From: an uncultured Eubacteriales bacterium
GTDB lineage: Bacteria > Bacillota > Clostridia > Saccharofermentanales > UBA5734
Length of the DNA stretch: 64,000 bases
Assembly (NCBI GenBank): GCA_903835065.1
Contig: CAILLO010000036.1
Span: 44,342 to 108,341, forward strand
Direction: 5' to 3'
Numbering within the stretch: the first letter of the stretch is position 1; each line of letters begins with the position of its first letter. The notes under the pieces were generated by a model, which did not search any database, was not told the DNA's origin, and worked only from the letters and a program-made list of their open reading frames with translations. The translations under genes and the position numbers were made by a program. Positions 29,317-40,035 of this stretch are shown here, in pieces.

Positions 29317-30303
29317 ATGAGACACCTCACGATTCCCCGCACCGACCTCTCCGTCTCCGCCCTGTGCCTCGGCACCGGTTCCTACGGGGACACGGTCTCC
29401 GACACGCAGGCGGCGGAGCAGCTCGACCGCTTCGTCGCGGCGGGCGGGAACTTCATCGACACGGCCAACGTGTACGGCCGGTGGACCGCGTCCGGACTGA
29501 ACGAGAGCGAGCGGACGATCGGGCGCTGGCTGCGGCGCCTGCCGCCGTCCGTCGCGTCGGAGCTGGTCGTCGCGACCAAGGGCGCGCACCCGCTGATGAC
29601 CGACTTCATGCGGCCGCGGCTCGACCGCGCCTCGATCGCGCAGGACCTCGCGGAGAGCCTCGACGCGCTCGGACTCGAGCGCATCGCACTGTACTGGCTG
29701 CACCGCGATGACCCGGACCAGGACGCGGGGGACGTCGTCGACCTCATGGAGGAGTTCGTCGCGCAGGGACGGATCCGCTGGTACGGCTGCTCGAACTGGC
29801 GCTCGCACCGGATCGAGGCGGCGCAGCGGCACGCGGAGCGGACCGGAGCCCGGGGGTTCGTCGCCGTCCAGGACCAGTGGAGCCTCGCCCGCGCGAACCC
29901 CGAGGCTTTCCCCGACGCGACGCACGTGTCGATGGACGGGACGCTCGGGACCTTCCTCGGGCGGAGCGGGCTCGCGATGGTGCCATACACCGCGTTGGCC
30001 CACGGCTACTTCACCAAGCGCCTCGAGGCGGAGGCGGGCGGCCGGCCGCTCGACCCCGCACTCGCCGCCGGATTCGGGAACCCGCTGACCGACCGGCGCA
30101 CCGCGTCGATCACGGCCCTCTCGGCCGAGCGGGGCGTGCCGGCGTCGCGGCTGGCGCTCGCCTGGCTGATGCACCAGAAGATTCCCACCGTGCCCATCGT
30201 GTCGTTCCGCACGACGGCCCAGCTCGAGGATGCGCTTGCGGCCGCGGACGTCCGGCTGACGCCCGACGAGATGGCCCGCCTCTCCTGCGGACAGGACGGG
30301 TAG
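29317..30303 (+). CDS. Aldo/keto reductase
   Basis: LCLGT, GGNFIDTANVYG, ATKG, LYWLHRDD, GCSNW. Confidence 0.93.
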   Translation: MRHLTIPRTDLSVSALCLGTGSYGDTVSDTQAAEQLDRFVAAGGNFIDTANVYGRWTASGLNESERTIGRWLRRLPPSVASELVVATKGAHPLMTDFMRPRLDRASIAQDLAESLDALGLERIALYWLHRDDPDQDAGDVVDLMEEFVAQGRIRWYGCSNWRSHRIEAAQRHAERTGARGFVAVQDQWSLARANPEAFPDATHVSMDGTLGTFLGRSGLAMVPYTALAHGYFTKRLEAEAGGRPLDPALAAGFGNPLTDRRTASITALSAERGVPASRLALAWLMHQKIPTVPIVSFRTTAQLEDALAAADVRLTPDEMARLSCGQDG

Positions 30304-30356
30304 GCCGGCCCGGCGCCCGTTGCGGTACAATGGAGACAAGGCAAAGGAGGGCGCAC

Positions 30357-31298
30357 ATGAAGAAAGCACTGGTCATCGGAGCCTCCGGATTCGTCGGGGA
30401 GCACCTGCTGGAATTCCTCCGCGCGACGCACGACTACGACGTGCACGCGACCAAGCCGAAGGGGCGCGCCGTCTCCTGCCCGGGCGTCGAGACCGACGAC
30501 CTCGACCTGCTCGACGCGGGAGCCGTGGCCGCCGCCCTGAAGCGCATAAGGCCCGACCGCATCTTCCACCTGGCCGACGAGAGCTCGGTGGCCCAGTCCT
30601 GGAACGACCCCGCCCAGACCTACGACGTCAACGTCCGCGGCGCCCTCCACGTCCTCGAGGCCGTGCGCGCGCTGCCCTATCCGCCCCGTCTGCTGCTGGT
30701 CGGCTCGGGCGAGGAGTACGGCCGCATCGGGCCCGAGGAGGGGCCGGTCGCCGAGACGCACGAGGTGCGCCCGACCAACCCCTACGCCGCTGCCAAGGCC
30801 AGCCAGAACATGATGGGCCGGATCTACGCCGAGGCCTACCGGATGGACATCCTCATGGCGCGCACCTTCAACTACTACGGGCCGGGCCAGCCGACGCTGT
30901 TCGTGGCGTCCGACTTGTGCCGGCAGGTGGCCGAGATGGAGAAGGGGCTGCGGCCTCCGGTCCTCAAGGTCGGCAACCTGTCCGCGCTGCGCGACTTCAC
31001 CGACGTCCGCGACGTCGTCCGCGCCTACGTGCTGCTCATGATGCTCGGGAAGAGCGGCGAGACCTACAACGTCGGCAGCGGGAAGGCGATCGCCGTGCAG
31101 GACGTGCTCGACCTGATCCTGTCGATGACCGAGGTGAAGCCCCGCATCGAGACCGACAAGGGCCGCCTGCGCCCGGTCGACATGCCCGTGATCGCGGCCG
31201 ACGCGCGCAAGCTGGTCAAGGCGACGGGTTGGACGCCCCGCTTCACGATGGAGCAGACGGTCCGGGATATCCTGGAGGATTGGCGCGCGAAGGTCTAG
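30357..31298 (+). CDS. NAD(P)-dependent nucleotide-sugar reductase/dehydratase (Rmd/Gmd-like SDR)
   Basis: GASGFVG, GSGEEYG, YAAAK, RDFTDVRDVVRAY. Confidence 0.88.
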   Translation: MKKALVIGASGFVGEHLLEFLRATHDYDVHATKPKGRAVSCPGVETDDLDLLDAGAVAAALKRIRPDRIFHLADESSVAQSWNDPAQTYDVNVRGALHVLEAVRALPYPPRLLLVGSGEEYGRIGPEEGPVAETHEVRPTNPYAAAKASQNMMGRIYAEAYRMDILMARTFNYYGPGQPTLFVASDLCRQVAEMEKGLRPPVLKVGNLSALRDFTDVRDVVRAYVLLMMLGKSGETYNVGSGKAIAVQDVLDLILSMTEVKPRIETDKGRLRPVDMPVIAADARKLVKATGWTPRFTMEQTVRDILEDWRAKV

Positions 31299-31308
31299 CG
31301 GCGGAGGG

Positions 31309-32430
31309 CTATCGGGCCTGCGCCTGCGGGCCCGGCGCTGTCGCGCCGCCCGCGCCCATCGGCGTCCGCCATTTCTTTCCCGAGAACAGCAGCCCCGCGA
31401 AGGCGCCCGCCGACCAGGCGAAGTGCATCGCGGCGAGGCACGGCATGCCGAAGGCGACGCGCCGCCAATAGGCGCGCGCGCCCTCGCCCCGTCCGCGCGC
31501 GACCGAAGCCGACGCGGCGAAGGCGTAGATCGCGTAGACGGGGATCGGCAGCAGGCCGATCCAGCCCCAGGGCCAGCCGGCGGCGAACACCAGCGCGAGG
31601 CCGGCGGCGAGGCCGGCGACGACGGCCGGGAGCAACAGGACCGCCGGGACGTGCGAAAGGCGGAGGGCCTCCGGGTACAGGCGGGCGAGGCGGAGGCGGT
31701 ACAGGCCGAAGCGCGCGTACTGCCGCGCGAGGCCGGCCGCGGTATTGCGCGGGTAGTAGGAGACGCGGATCGCGGGGTCGACGACGATGCGGCCGCCGGT
31801 GCGGCGGCGGAGGCGGACCGACAGCTCCATGTCCTCGGCGACTGCGAACCGGTCGTCCCAGCCGCCCGCGTCGAGCAGGACGGACCGGCGGAAGGCGCCG
31901 GGGAAGACCGTGTCGGCGTCCGTCCGGGCGGACGCGGTGCGGAACGTCGCGCCGCCGACGCCGAGCGGCGAGCGGAGCAGGTCGGCGACGACGCCGGAGC
32001 CGAAGTCGTAGCCGACCGCGCGCGCGGTGCCGCCGCAGTCGACGACGCCGGGCTCCTCCTCGAGCAGCGCGACACAGCGCGCGAGGTAGTCCGAGGCGTA
32101 TTCGGCGTGCGCGTCCCAGCGGAGGACGAAGTCGCCCGACGCGAGGCCCAGCCCGAGGTTGAGCGCGTGGACCTGCAGGCGGCCGGGGTTGTCGACGACG
32201 CGGGCGGCGCAGGCGAAGCGGCGCGCGGTCAGGTATTCGCGGGTGCCGTCGGTCGAGCCGCCGTCGAGGAACAGGACCTCGAGGCGATCCGGCGGCCAGG
32301 TCTGGCGGTCGAGCGCCTCGCAGAGGGCTTCGATGAAGCGGTGCTCCTGATAGACGGGCGCGAGCAGCGTGACCGTGGGGAGGGCGGACGGCGCGCGGGC
32401 GGAGGCGGGATCCGGAAACGGCTTCGCCAT
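31309..32430 (-). CDS. Glycosyltransferase family 2 (ExoA-like)
   Basis: DGGSTDGT, WDAH, AEDMEL, C-terminal TM segments. Confidence 0.88.
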   Translation of the reverse strand: MAKPFPDPASARAPSALPTVTLLAPVYQEHRFIEALCEALDRQTWPPDRLEVLFLDGGSTDGTREYLTARRFACAARVVDNPGRLQVHALNLGLGLASGDFVLRWDAHAEYASDYLARCVALLEEEPGVVDCGGTARAVGYDFGSGVVADLLRSPLGVGGATFRTASARTDADTVFPGAFRRSVLLDAGGWDDRFAVAEDMELSVRLRRRTGGRIVVDPAIRVSYYPRNTAAGLARQYARFGLYRLRLARLYPEALRLSHVPAVLLLPAVVAGLAAGLALVFAAGWPWGWIGLLPIPVYAIYAFAASASVARGRGEGARAYWRRVAFGMPCLAAMHFAWSAGAFAGLLFSGKKWRTPMGAGGATAPGPQAQAR

Positions 32431-32431
32431 G

Positions 32432-33799
32432 TCAGGCGTCGCTCCGGTCCGGCCGCGCCGCCAGCAGGTCGGCGTACCGCCGCACGAGCGAAGGCCAGGC
32501 GTAGCGGGCGACGACCGACGGGTCCGGCTCGATCCGGGGCCTGCCGCCCGCGCGGACGATGTCGACGCACGCCTTCAGGTACCGGGCGAAGTCCGGCTCC
32601 TCCGACGGAACGGAAGTCTCGAAGGCGAAGCCCGACCGGGCGTCCCGGACCAGCGAAGCGATGGCGCTGCCGGGCAGGTCGCCGGTGACGACCGCCAGGA
32701 TGGGCCGGCCGGAGAGGAGATACTCGAAGATCTTGGCGTTCAGCATGCCCTGCTCCGCACGGTAGTTCCAGTTGAAGATCAGGAGCAGGTCGGCGGAGGA
32801 CTGCAGGGCCAGCGTGTCGGGGCGGGACAGGAAGCCGTGGTCGACGAGGCAGCCCTCGGCTCCGACGGACGCGGCCTGCGCGCGGAGCTGCGGGAAGTTC
32901 TTGCCGGCGTAGTGGACCCGGTATCCGTCGGCGGGGATCTCCCCCTCCCGGGCCATCCGGAGCAGCATCCGGAAGAGCGGCGTGGCGTCCGACAGTCCTT
33001 CGTACAGGAGTCCGGTGTACACGAGGTGGAGCCGCCCGTCCGCGGAAAGGGGCCGGATGTCCGGTCCTTCGGCGGATTGGAGCGCGAGGCCGGCGTCCTC
33101 GGGGTCGAACCCGTTCGTGATGACCGAGATGCGCGCTGCGAGGGCGGCCGTCCCGAAGCGGGGGCCGTAGTCCGCGACCAGCCGGGTCCTGTCGGGCTCC
33201 GTGACCACGACGATCTGGTCGGCGCGGGCGACATACGTGCGCTCGAGCCAGCGGTCGAACCCCTGCGTCCAGCCCGGCTTGCGGATGTTGACCACCGGGT
33301 CCCGGAAATCGGCGACCCAGCGGAGGCCCGGGCGCAACCGCTTCGCGTAGAGGCCCAGCCAGTGCGAGACGTGGGGACCGTAGGAGGAGACGAGGACGTC
33401 GGGCGGGTCGTTGCGCAGCAGGCCGCGGATCGTCTTCCGGCAGCCGAGGTGGATTCCATAGAGCCGGAGCAGGGACCCGGCCCGGGTGAAGAGGGCGATC
33501 GCGCCGTGCAGCCTGCGGCCGTGGCGGTCGGAGAGCACGGTGCCGGCGACCAGGCGGCTCCACGCCGACGTGGGACGAGCGGGGAAGTAGGCCATCCGGA
33601 TCCCTTCCGCCGCCGGGTCGACGAAGACGGACCGCGCGCTCGGTCCCACGAGGGCGAGGGCCTCCTCGGGGTCGAAGGTCGCCACGGTGACGGCGTGCCC
33701 CTCCCGGGCCAGGTACTTCGCGAGCTTTCCGACGCGGACCGAGGCGATCACGTTGAGCGGGGAGAAGAAGGCGGAGACGATCAGGGTCCGGATAGGCAT
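32432..33799 (-). CDS. GT-B glycosyltransferase (family 4-like)
   Basis: WVADFRDP, ITNGFD, YTG, KIFEYL; GGAGGA RBS before ATG at 33799. Confidence 0.88.
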   Translation of the reverse strand: MPIRTLIVSAFFSPLNVIASVRVGKLAKYLAREGHAVTVATFDPEEALALVGPSARSVFVDPAAEGIRMAYFPARPTSAWSRLVAGTVLSDRHGRRLHGAIALFTRAGSLLRLYGIHLGCRKTIRGLLRNDPPDVLVSSYGPHVSHWLGLYAKRLRPGLRWVADFRDPVVNIRKPGWTQGFDRWLERTYVARADQIVVVTEPDRTRLVADYGPRFGTAALAARISVITNGFDPEDAGLALQSAEGPDIRPLSADGRLHLVYTGLLYEGLSDATPLFRMLLRMAREGEIPADGYRVHYAGKNFPQLRAQAASVGAEGCLVDHGFLSRPDTLALQSSADLLLIFNWNYRAEQGMLNAKIFEYLLSGRPILAVVTGDLPGSAIASLVRDARSGFAFETSVPSEEPDFARYLKACVDIVRAGGRPRIEPDPSVVARYAWPSLVRRYADLLAARPDRSDA

Positions 33800-33895
33800 G
33801 TCGATCCTCCTCGGGCGGTGGTTCCGATCCGATTCCATTCTATCGGCGGGGCGAAGGGAAGGCAAATCGCCCGCGCGCCCCGGCGCCCGCTCCGC

Positions 33896-33925
33896 TTGAC
33901 ACCGGCGCGGCGCCGAGGCTACTGT
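33896..33925 (+). promoter_or_regulatory. sigmaA promoter, probably giving a leaderless mRNA
   Basis: TTGACA (33896)-18 nt-TACTGT (33920); ATG lies 7 nt after the -10. Confidence 0.55.
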
Positions 33926-33932
33926 GGACTCG

Positions 33933-34823
33933 ATGGAGATCAGCTGCTTCCTGATCACGCGCGACCGCGCCGACGACCTGTGCGACTGCCTCGCCCACCT
34001 CGAGGCCCAGGACCTCCCGGGCGTGGAGATCGTGCTGCTCGACAACGGGTCCTCCGACGACACGCGCGAGCGCGTCGCGAGGGAGCACCCGGGCGTCCGC
34101 CTCCTCGTGTCCGACGTGAACCTCGGCGTCGCGGGCGGACGCAACCTCGCGATGAAGGCCTGCACCGGCGACCTGCTGGTCGGCATCGACGACGACGCGA
34201 TCGTCGACGACCCGTCGTTCCTGCGGCGCGTGGCCGCGGAGTTCGAGCGGGACCCGTCGCTCGGCTGCCTTTCGCCGAAGATCGTCAACTACCACACCGG
34301 ACTCCAGGACCCCAAGGAGATCCCCTCGAAGGACAAGTCGCTGGCCGACCGCCGGTTCGAGACCTCGTACTTCATCGGGTGCTTCTTCGCGATTCCGCGC
34401 ACCGTGCTCGACGCCACCGGCGACTTCCCCGCGGGGTTCTTCTACGCCGGCGAGGAGTCCGACCTCGGTTTCCGCATCTTCCGGGCCGGCTTCCGCCTCG
34501 TCTACGAGCCCTCCCTCGTCGTCCGCCACAAGGTGTCCCCCGTGCGGACGACCGGCCGCTCCAAGTACCGGTACTACGTCCGCAACCGCATCTGGCTCGC
34601 CGAGACCTACTACCCCGCCCGCTATCTCCTGGTCTATCTCGGCTTCTGGATTCCCGCCCTCTTCGCGCTCGCCCTGCGCGACCGTGCGGTGCGCGAATAC
34701 TTCGCCGGCCTCGCGGAGGGCTTCCGCGGACTCGCCCCCTACCGCGCCCGGCGCCGCGCCCTGCTCCTCGACCGCGGCACGGTCCGTCGCCTCCGGACGG
34801 TCGAGAACCGTCTCCTGCGCTGA
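33933..34823 (+). CDS. Glycosyltransferase family 2
   Basis: LLDNGSSD, NLGVAGGRN, IDDD, EESDL, RNRIW. Confidence 0.9.
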   Translation: MEISCFLITRDRADDLCDCLAHLEAQDLPGVEIVLLDNGSSDDTRERVAREHPGVRLLVSDVNLGVAGGRNLAMKACTGDLLVGIDDDAIVDDPSFLRRVAAEFERDPSLGCLSPKIVNYHTGLQDPKEIPSKDKSLADRRFETSYFIGCFFAIPRTVLDATGDFPAGFFYAGEESDLGFRIFRAGFRLVYEPSLVVRHKVSPVRTTGRSKYRYYVRNRIWLAETYYPARYLLVYLGFWIPALFALALRDRAVREYFAGLAEGFRGLAPYRARRRALLLDRGTVRRLRTVENRLLR

Positions 34824-34947
34824 CCCGACCCACCCCTTTTTTCGGGCGGCGCCCGGCGTATATTATGATTGCCGGAGAGATCCGTCGGACCGACCGGCAG
34901 CCAACGCCGATGAAACGCATTGGACAGCCTTGAGAAGGAAGTGCCAC

Positions 34948-35499
34948 ATGAAGAAGAAGATTGCCTCGATCCTCACCGTCCTCGTCCTGCTGATGGTGAT
35001 TCCCGCCGTCCTGGTCCTCGCCGCCCCGAGCGGATTCTCGTTCCTCGCCTCCGACCCGAGCGGCGAACCGTCGGTCGTGCCGACCGGCGAACCGTCGGTC
35101 GTGCCGAGCGGCGACCCGTCCCTCCAGCCGTCGCCCGAAGTCTCGACCGAGTCCACCGAAGCCGTCGAGCCGACCGACGAGGCGACTCCTTCCGTCTCCC
35201 CTGAGCTCACCCCGCCCGCCCTCGAGCGCGTCCAGGCCGCCGCGGCCCTCGGGATCCCCCCGGGACGCCTGCTGCACATCGACACCCTCGCCCAGCTCCT
35301 CGGCTGGACCCGCGAGCAGACCCTGGCCCAGTACGGCAACGCCTCGATCCAGGACATCATGAAGCTGACCAACCAGCTTCGCCATTCCGGCAAGGGCCAC
35401 CACCCCGTCGTGACGCCGATGCCCAGCCCGTCCGCCACCCCGGTGGCTCCGACGGCCGAGTCCCCCGCGTCGCCCACTCCGGAAGCCCCCGCCGTCTAG
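34948..35499 (+). CDS. Secreted Pro/Ser/Thr/Glu-rich protein with a small helical domain
   Basis: MKKK-hydrophobic signal peptide; GEPSVVP repeats; LGIPPGRL...SIQDIMK domain. Confidence 0.8.
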   Translation: MKKKIASILTVLVLLMVIPAVLVLAAPSGFSFLASDPSGEPSVVPTGEPSVVPSGDPSLQPSPEVSTESTEAVEPTDEATPSVSPELTPPALERVQAAAALGIPPGRLLHIDTLAQLLGWTREQTLAQYGNASIQDIMKLTNQLRHSGKGHHPVVTPMPSPSATPVAPTAESPASPTPEAPAV

Positions 35500-35523
35500 T
35501 CTCCCTTCGGACTCCGCACGGCA

Positions 35524-35559
35524 GAAATCCCGCCTCCCCACCCGGGAAGGCGGGATTTC
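35524..35559. terminator. Hairpin after the secreted-protein gene, probable terminator
   Basis: GAAATCCCGCCT...AGGCGGGATTTC. Confidence 0.65.
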
Positions 35560-35623
35560 CCGTTTACGGGGACCTCCCCGGGCTATACTGGAACCATGGA
35601 ACGCATCGCGGAGCTTGCGGGGG

Positions 35624-35696
35624 TTGACAGGAGAGCGGGGAGCCGATAGAATTCCGTTGTCGGTTCACCGATTTACCGTGATAAAGCGTTAAAGCA
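35624..35696 (+). promoter_or_regulatory. his operon sigmaA promoter and probable HisR (TrpR-like YerC/YecD) operator
   Basis: TTGACA (35624)-17 nt-TAGAAT (35647); TTCACCGA-TTTACCGT-GATAAAGC-GTTAAAGC forms a TTTA-N6-TAAA dyad with 8-bp tandem half-sites. Confidence 0.7.
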
Positions 35697-35748
35697 AAAC
35701 GACCCGACCTGCACGATCCGCACGACACCCGGAACCAGGAGGCGCACG

Positions 35749-36945
35749 ATGGGCGATTGGCGATTCCACACCCCCGACGGAGTCCAGGACGGACTGCCGG
35801 ACGACTGCGCGCGCAAGCGGGCCATCGAGTCCGCCCTCCGCGCGGTCTTCGCCGCTCGCGGCTACCTCGAGGTCGAGACGCCCGGCCTCGAATTCTACGA
35901 CGTGTACGCCACCGGCCGCGGGCTCGCGCCGCAGGAGGCGCTCTTCAAGCTCTTCGACTCCCAGGGCCGCATCCTCGCCCTGCGCTACGACGGCACCGTG
36001 CCCGTCGCCCGCCTCGCCGCGACGCTGATGAAGGACGAGGAGCCCCCGCTGCGCATCTCGTATGTCGGCGGCATGTACCGCTCCGCCGGAGCCGGCGGCG
36101 GCAAGCAGAGCGAGTTCACGCAGGCCGGCGTCGAGCTGATGGGGCCGCGCACCGCCGAAGCCGACGCGGAGGTGATTGCGACCGCGATCGCGGCCGCACG
36201 CGCCGCCGGCGTCGAGTCGCTGCAGGTCGCGGTCGGCCAGGTCGAGTTCTTCAAGGCGCTGCTCGAGGAGTGGGGCCTGTCGGAAGAGGACGCCGAGCCG
36301 CTGCCCGGCCTGATCGACGCCAAGGAGACGCTGGCGCTCGAGGAGATCGCCGACCGGACCGGACTTCCCGCCGCGGCGCGCGAAGCGCTGCTGCTGATGG
36401 CCTCCTTCGAGGGGACCTTCGACACCCTGGACCGCATGGAGGCGCTGACCCGCAGCCCGCGCGCCCTCGCCGCGCTGCGCAACCTCCGCGACGTGCTGCG
36501 CCTGCTCGAGGAGGATGGCCTGCTGCGGTACGTGTCGGTCGACCTCGGCATGCTCCAGAGCCTCGACTACTACACGGGCATCATCTTCAAGGGCTTCACC
36601 TACGGCATCGGCTTCCCGGTCCTGTCGGGCGGCCGCTACGACAACGTCGTTGCCGAGTTCGGGCGCGCGCTGCCGTCGACCGGCTTCTCGCTGGGCGTGA
36701 ACCTCGTGATGGCCGCGCTGCGGCGGCAGGGCTCCGTGCCCCCGAAGGCCGGCCCCGACACGCTGTTCGGGTACGACCCGTCGGTGCGCGCGCGGGCCAT
36801 GGCGTTCGTCGCGCAGGAGCGGGCCGGCGGCCGGGCGGTCGCGGTCGATGTGCAGCGGCGGAGCGCGCCGGAGCTGCGCGCGGAGGGCGCGCGGCGGGGC
36901 GTCGCGCGGGTTCTCTACATGGATGCCGAAGGGACGGTGCGCTGA
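35749..36945 (+). CDS. hisZ: ATP phosphoribosyltransferase regulatory subunit
   Basis: [27 protein letters not shown]; precedes short hisG. Confidence 0.95.
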   Translation: MGDWRFHTPDGVQDGLPDDCARKRAIESALRAVFAARGYLEVETPGLEFYDVYATGRGLAPQEALFKLFDSQGRILALRYDGTVPVARLAATLMKDEEPPLRISYVGGMYRSAGAGGGKQSEFTQAGVELMGPRTAEADAEVIATAIAAARAAGVESLQVAVGQVEFFKALLEEWGLSEEDAEPLPGLIDAKETLALEEIADRTGLPAAAREALLLMASFEGTFDTLDRMEALTRSPRALAALRNLRDVLRLLEEDGLLRYVSVDLGMLQSLDYYTGIIFKGFTYGIGFPVLSGGRYDNVVAEFGRALPSTGFSLGVNLVMAALRRQGSVPPKAGPDTLFGYDPSVRARAMAFVAQERAGGRAVAVDVQRRSAPELRAEGARRGVARVLYMDAEGTVR

Positions 36946-36946
36946 C

Positions 36947-37612
36947 ATGGTCACGGGCAAGGACACGCTGACGATCGCCCTCTCCAAGGGCCGCCTCGCC
37001 GAACAGACGCTCGATCTGCTGCAGGCCGCGGGCTACGACACGAGCTGCGCGCGCTCCGGTTCGCGCAAGCTGATCCTCGAGGACGAGAAGGCGGGGCTGC
37101 GGTTCATCCTGGCCAAGCCCGCCGACGTGCCGACCTACGTCGAGTACGGCGCCGCCGATATCGGCGTCGTCGGGAAGGACACGCTGCTCGAGGAGGGCCG
37201 CCGCCTGTACGAGGTCCTGAACCTGGGCTTCGGCGCCTGCCGCATGTGCGTCGCGGGGCCTGCCTGGATGGCGGGGAAGCTCGACGGCATCCCCAACAAG
37301 CGCGTCGCGACCAAGTACCCGCGGATCGCCCGCGAATACTTCGAACTGAAGAAGCGCGAGAGCGTCGAGATCATCAAGCTGAACGGCTCCGTCGAGCTGG
37401 CCCCGCTGGTGGGCCTGTCCGAGGTGATCGTGGACATCGTGGAGAGCGGGCGCACGCTGCGCGAGAACGGGCTCGAGGTGCTGGAGACGATCGCGGACGT
37501 CAGCGCGCGCATGGTCGTGAACCGCGTGAGCCTGAAGATGAAGTCGGAGCGGATCGGGGCGCTGGTCGCCGCGGTGCGGGCGGAGATGGCCCGGACGGGG
37601 GTGAAGGGGTGA
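36947..37612 (+). CDS. hisG: ATP phosphoribosyltransferase, short form
   Basis: [29 protein letters not shown]. Confidence 0.96.
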   Translation: MVTGKDTLTIALSKGRLAEQTLDLLQAAGYDTSCARSGSRKLILEDEKAGLRFILAKPADVPTYVEYGAADIGVVGKDTLLEEGRRLYEVLNLGFGACRMCVAGPAWMAGKLDGIPNKRVATKYPRIAREYFELKKRESVEIIKLNGSVELAPLVGLSEVIVDIVESGRTLRENGLEVLETIADVSARMVVNRVSLKMKSERIGALVAAVRAEMARTGVKG

Positions 37613-38955
37613 GCGCGGGGACGGGCGGGCTGCGGCCGAGGATCCTGGAGGGCGGAACGCCGGAGGAGCGGCTGCGGGCCATCGAGGCGCTCGGCGTGCG
37701 CGGCAAGATGGAGCGCGGCGACGTGGCGGCGACGGTGCAGGGAATCCTCGACGACGTGCGCGCGCGGGGCGACGCGGCCCTGTGCGACTTCACCGAGCGC
37801 TTCGACAAGGTGCGCCTGCGCCCGGAGGACCTGCGCGTCCGGCCGGAGGAGACCGAGGCCGCCCTCGCGTCCGTCGACCCGGCGCTGCTCGACGTGATGC
37901 GGCGCGCCGCCGCCAACATCCTCGCCTTCCACGCGCGCCAGCGCGAGACCGGCTTCGACGCCGAGGACCTGCCCGGCGCCTACGTCGGCGTGCGCGCGAC
38001 GCCCCTCGCCGTCGCCGGCCTCTACGTGCCGGGCGGCACCGCCCCACTGCCGTCGTCAGTGCTGATGAACGCGATCCCCGCTTCGGCCGCCGGCGTCGGG
38101 CGCATCGTGATGTGCACGCCGCCCCGCGCGGACGGCACGGTCGCCCCCGTGATCCTCGCCGCGGCGCGCATCGCCGGCGTCGATGAGGTCTACCGGATCG
38201 GCGGCGCCCAGGCCGTCGCGGCGATGGCCTACGGCACCGCCTCGATCCCGCGCGTCGACAAGATCTGCGGGCCCGGCAACCTCTGGGTCAACACGGCCAA
38301 GCGCCTCGTGTACGGCCAGGTCGACATCGACATGTTCGCCGGCCCGAGCGAGATCCTGATCGTCGCCGACGACTCGGCCGACCCGGCCTTCGTGGCCGCC
38401 GACCTGCTGTCGCAGGCCGAGCACGACGTGCTGGCCTCCGCCATCGTCGCCACGATCTCCCGCCGTCTCGCGGAGACCGTCGCCGACGAGACCGCCCGCC
38501 GCGCCGCGCTCCTCTCCCGCCGCGCGATCCTCGAGCGCTCGATCGCCGACTTCGCCGGCATCGTCGTGCTGCCCGACCTCGCGTCGGCCGTCGAATTCGC
38601 GAACCTCCTCGCGCCCGAGCACCTCGAGCTGTGCGTCGAGGACCCCGACGCCCTGCTGCCCGGCGTGCGCAACGCCGGCGCCGTGTTCCTCGGCCACTAC
38701 TCGCCCGAGCCGCTCGGCGACTACTTCGCCGGGCCGAACCACGTCCTGCCGACCAGCGGCACCGCCCGCTTCTTCTCGCCGCTGTCGACGCAGGATTTCC
38801 AGAAGCGCACCAACGTGATCCGCTATTCCCGCGAGGCGCTCGCGCGCTGCTTCGAGGACGTCGCGTCCTTCGCCGACGCCGAGGGCCTCTCCGCGCACGC
38901 CGACGCGCTGCGCGTCCGCTTCGGGACGGACGCGGGAAGGAAGGGCCGCCGATGA
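37609..38955 (+). CDS. hisD: Histidinol dehydrogenase
   Basis: [37 protein letters not shown]. Confidence 0.96.
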   Translation: MSAGTGGLRPRILEGGTPEERLRAIEALGVRGKMERGDVAATVQGILDDVRARGDAALCDFTERFDKVRLRPEDLRVRPEETEAALASVDPALLDVMRRAAANILAFHARQRETGFDAEDLPGAYVGVRATPLAVAGLYVPGGTAPLPSSVLMNAIPASAAGVGRIVMCTPPRADGTVAPVILAAARIAGVDEVYRIGGAQAVAAMAYGTASIPRVDKICGPGNLWVNTAKRLVYGQVDIDMFAGPSEILIVADDSADPAFVAADLLSQAEHDVLASAIVATISRRLAETVADETARRAALLSRRAILERSIADFAGIVVLPDLASAVEFANLLAPEHLELCVEDPDALLPGVRNAGAVFLGHYSPEPLGDYFAGPNHVLPTSGTARFFSPLSTQDFQKRTNVIRYSREALARCFEDVASFADAEGLSAHADALRVRFGTDAGRKGRR

Positions 38956-40025
38956 GCCGCCTCTGGAGCCGCACGACCGCCTCGCTCGTGCCGTACGTCC
39001 CCGGCGAGCAGCCGCAGGACCGTCGGTACGTCAAGCTCAACACGAACGAGAACCCGTATCCGCCGTCCCCGGCGGTCGAGGCCGCCCTGCGCGCCTTCGA
39101 CCCCGCGGCGCTGCGCCTGTACCCCGACCCCGAGTCGCGCGCACTGCGCGCCGCACTCGCGGAAACCTACGGCGTCCCGGCCGAGCGCATCTTCGTGGGC
39201 AACGGCTCGGACGAGATCCTGGCCTTCGCCTTCCAGGCGTTCTTCGACCCCGACCCCGCCGCCCCGGTCCTCTTCCCCGACGTGACCTACAGCTTCTACC
39301 CCGTGTACGCCGGCCTCTACGGCGTCCCGTTCCGCACCGTCCCCCTGGACGACGCCTTCGCCGTCCCGGTCGATGCCTTCCTCGCTCCCTGCGGCGGCGT
39401 CGTGCTCCCCAACCCCAACGCCCCGACCGGCCGCGCGCTCCCGCTCTCCGACCTCGAGCGCATCGTCGCCGCGCACCCCGACCGGGCGGTCGTCGTCGAC
39501 GAGGCCTACGTCGACTTCGGCTGCGAGACCGCTCTGCCGCTGCTCGACCGGTACGACAACCTCCTCGTCGTGCAGACGACGTCCAAGGCGCGGTCGCTCG
39601 CCGGATTGCGGGTCGGGTACGCCTTCGGGTCGCGCGCCCTGGTCGAGGGCCTCGAGCGCGTCCGCGACTCGTTCAATTCCTACACGGTCGACCGTCTCGC
39701 GCAGTCCCTCGCGGCCGCCTCGCTGTCCGACCCGGCGTGGTTCGAGGAGACCCGCGCGCGCATCGTCGGCACCCGCGAGCGCACCGCCCGCCGGCTCGAG
39801 AAGCTCGGGTTCGAGGTCGTCCCGTCGACGGCCAACTTCCTGTTCGCGAAGCCCCCGAAGCTCGGCGGGGCCGGTCTCTATGAAGCCCTGAAGGAACGCG
39901 GTATACTCGTACGGTACTTCCGGAAGCCCCGCATCGACGGCTACGTGCGCATCACGGTGGGCACGCCGGAGGAGATGGACGCACTGGTCGTCGAGGTGGC
40001 CCGCCTCCTGGGCGAGGCCCCCTGA
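38952..40025 (+). CDS. hisC: Histidinol-phosphate aminotransferase
   Basis: KLNTNENPY, GNGSDE, NPNAPTG, DEAY, SKARSLAGLRVG. Confidence 0.95.
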   Translation: MSRLWSRTTASLVPYVPGEQPQDRRYVKLNTNENPYPPSPAVEAALRAFDPAALRLYPDPESRALRAALAETYGVPAERIFVGNGSDEILAFAFQAFFDPDPAAPVLFPDVTYSFYPVYAGLYGVPFRTVPLDDAFAVPVDAFLAPCGGVVLPNPNAPTGRALPLSDLERIVAAHPDRAVVVDEAYVDFGCETALPLLDRYDNLLVVQTTSKARSLAGLRVGYAFGSRALVEGLERVRDSFNSYTVDRLAQSLAAASLSDPAWFEETRARIVGTRERTARRLEKLGFEVVPSTANFLFAKPPKLGGAGLYEALKERGILVRYFRKPRIDGYVRITVGTPEEMDALVVEVARLLGEAP

Positions 40026-40035
40026 AAGGCAGGAG

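Noticed and set aside
35062-35110. 24-bp tandem duplication (GGCGAACCGTCGGTCGTGCCGA)
   Set aside because: In-frame coding repeat for a GEPSVVP linker; ordinary low-complexity expansion
35653-35748. T-box or His leader-peptide attenuator
   Set aside because: The leader is under 100 nt, with no T-box motif and no His-codon run; an operator-like dyad explains the region
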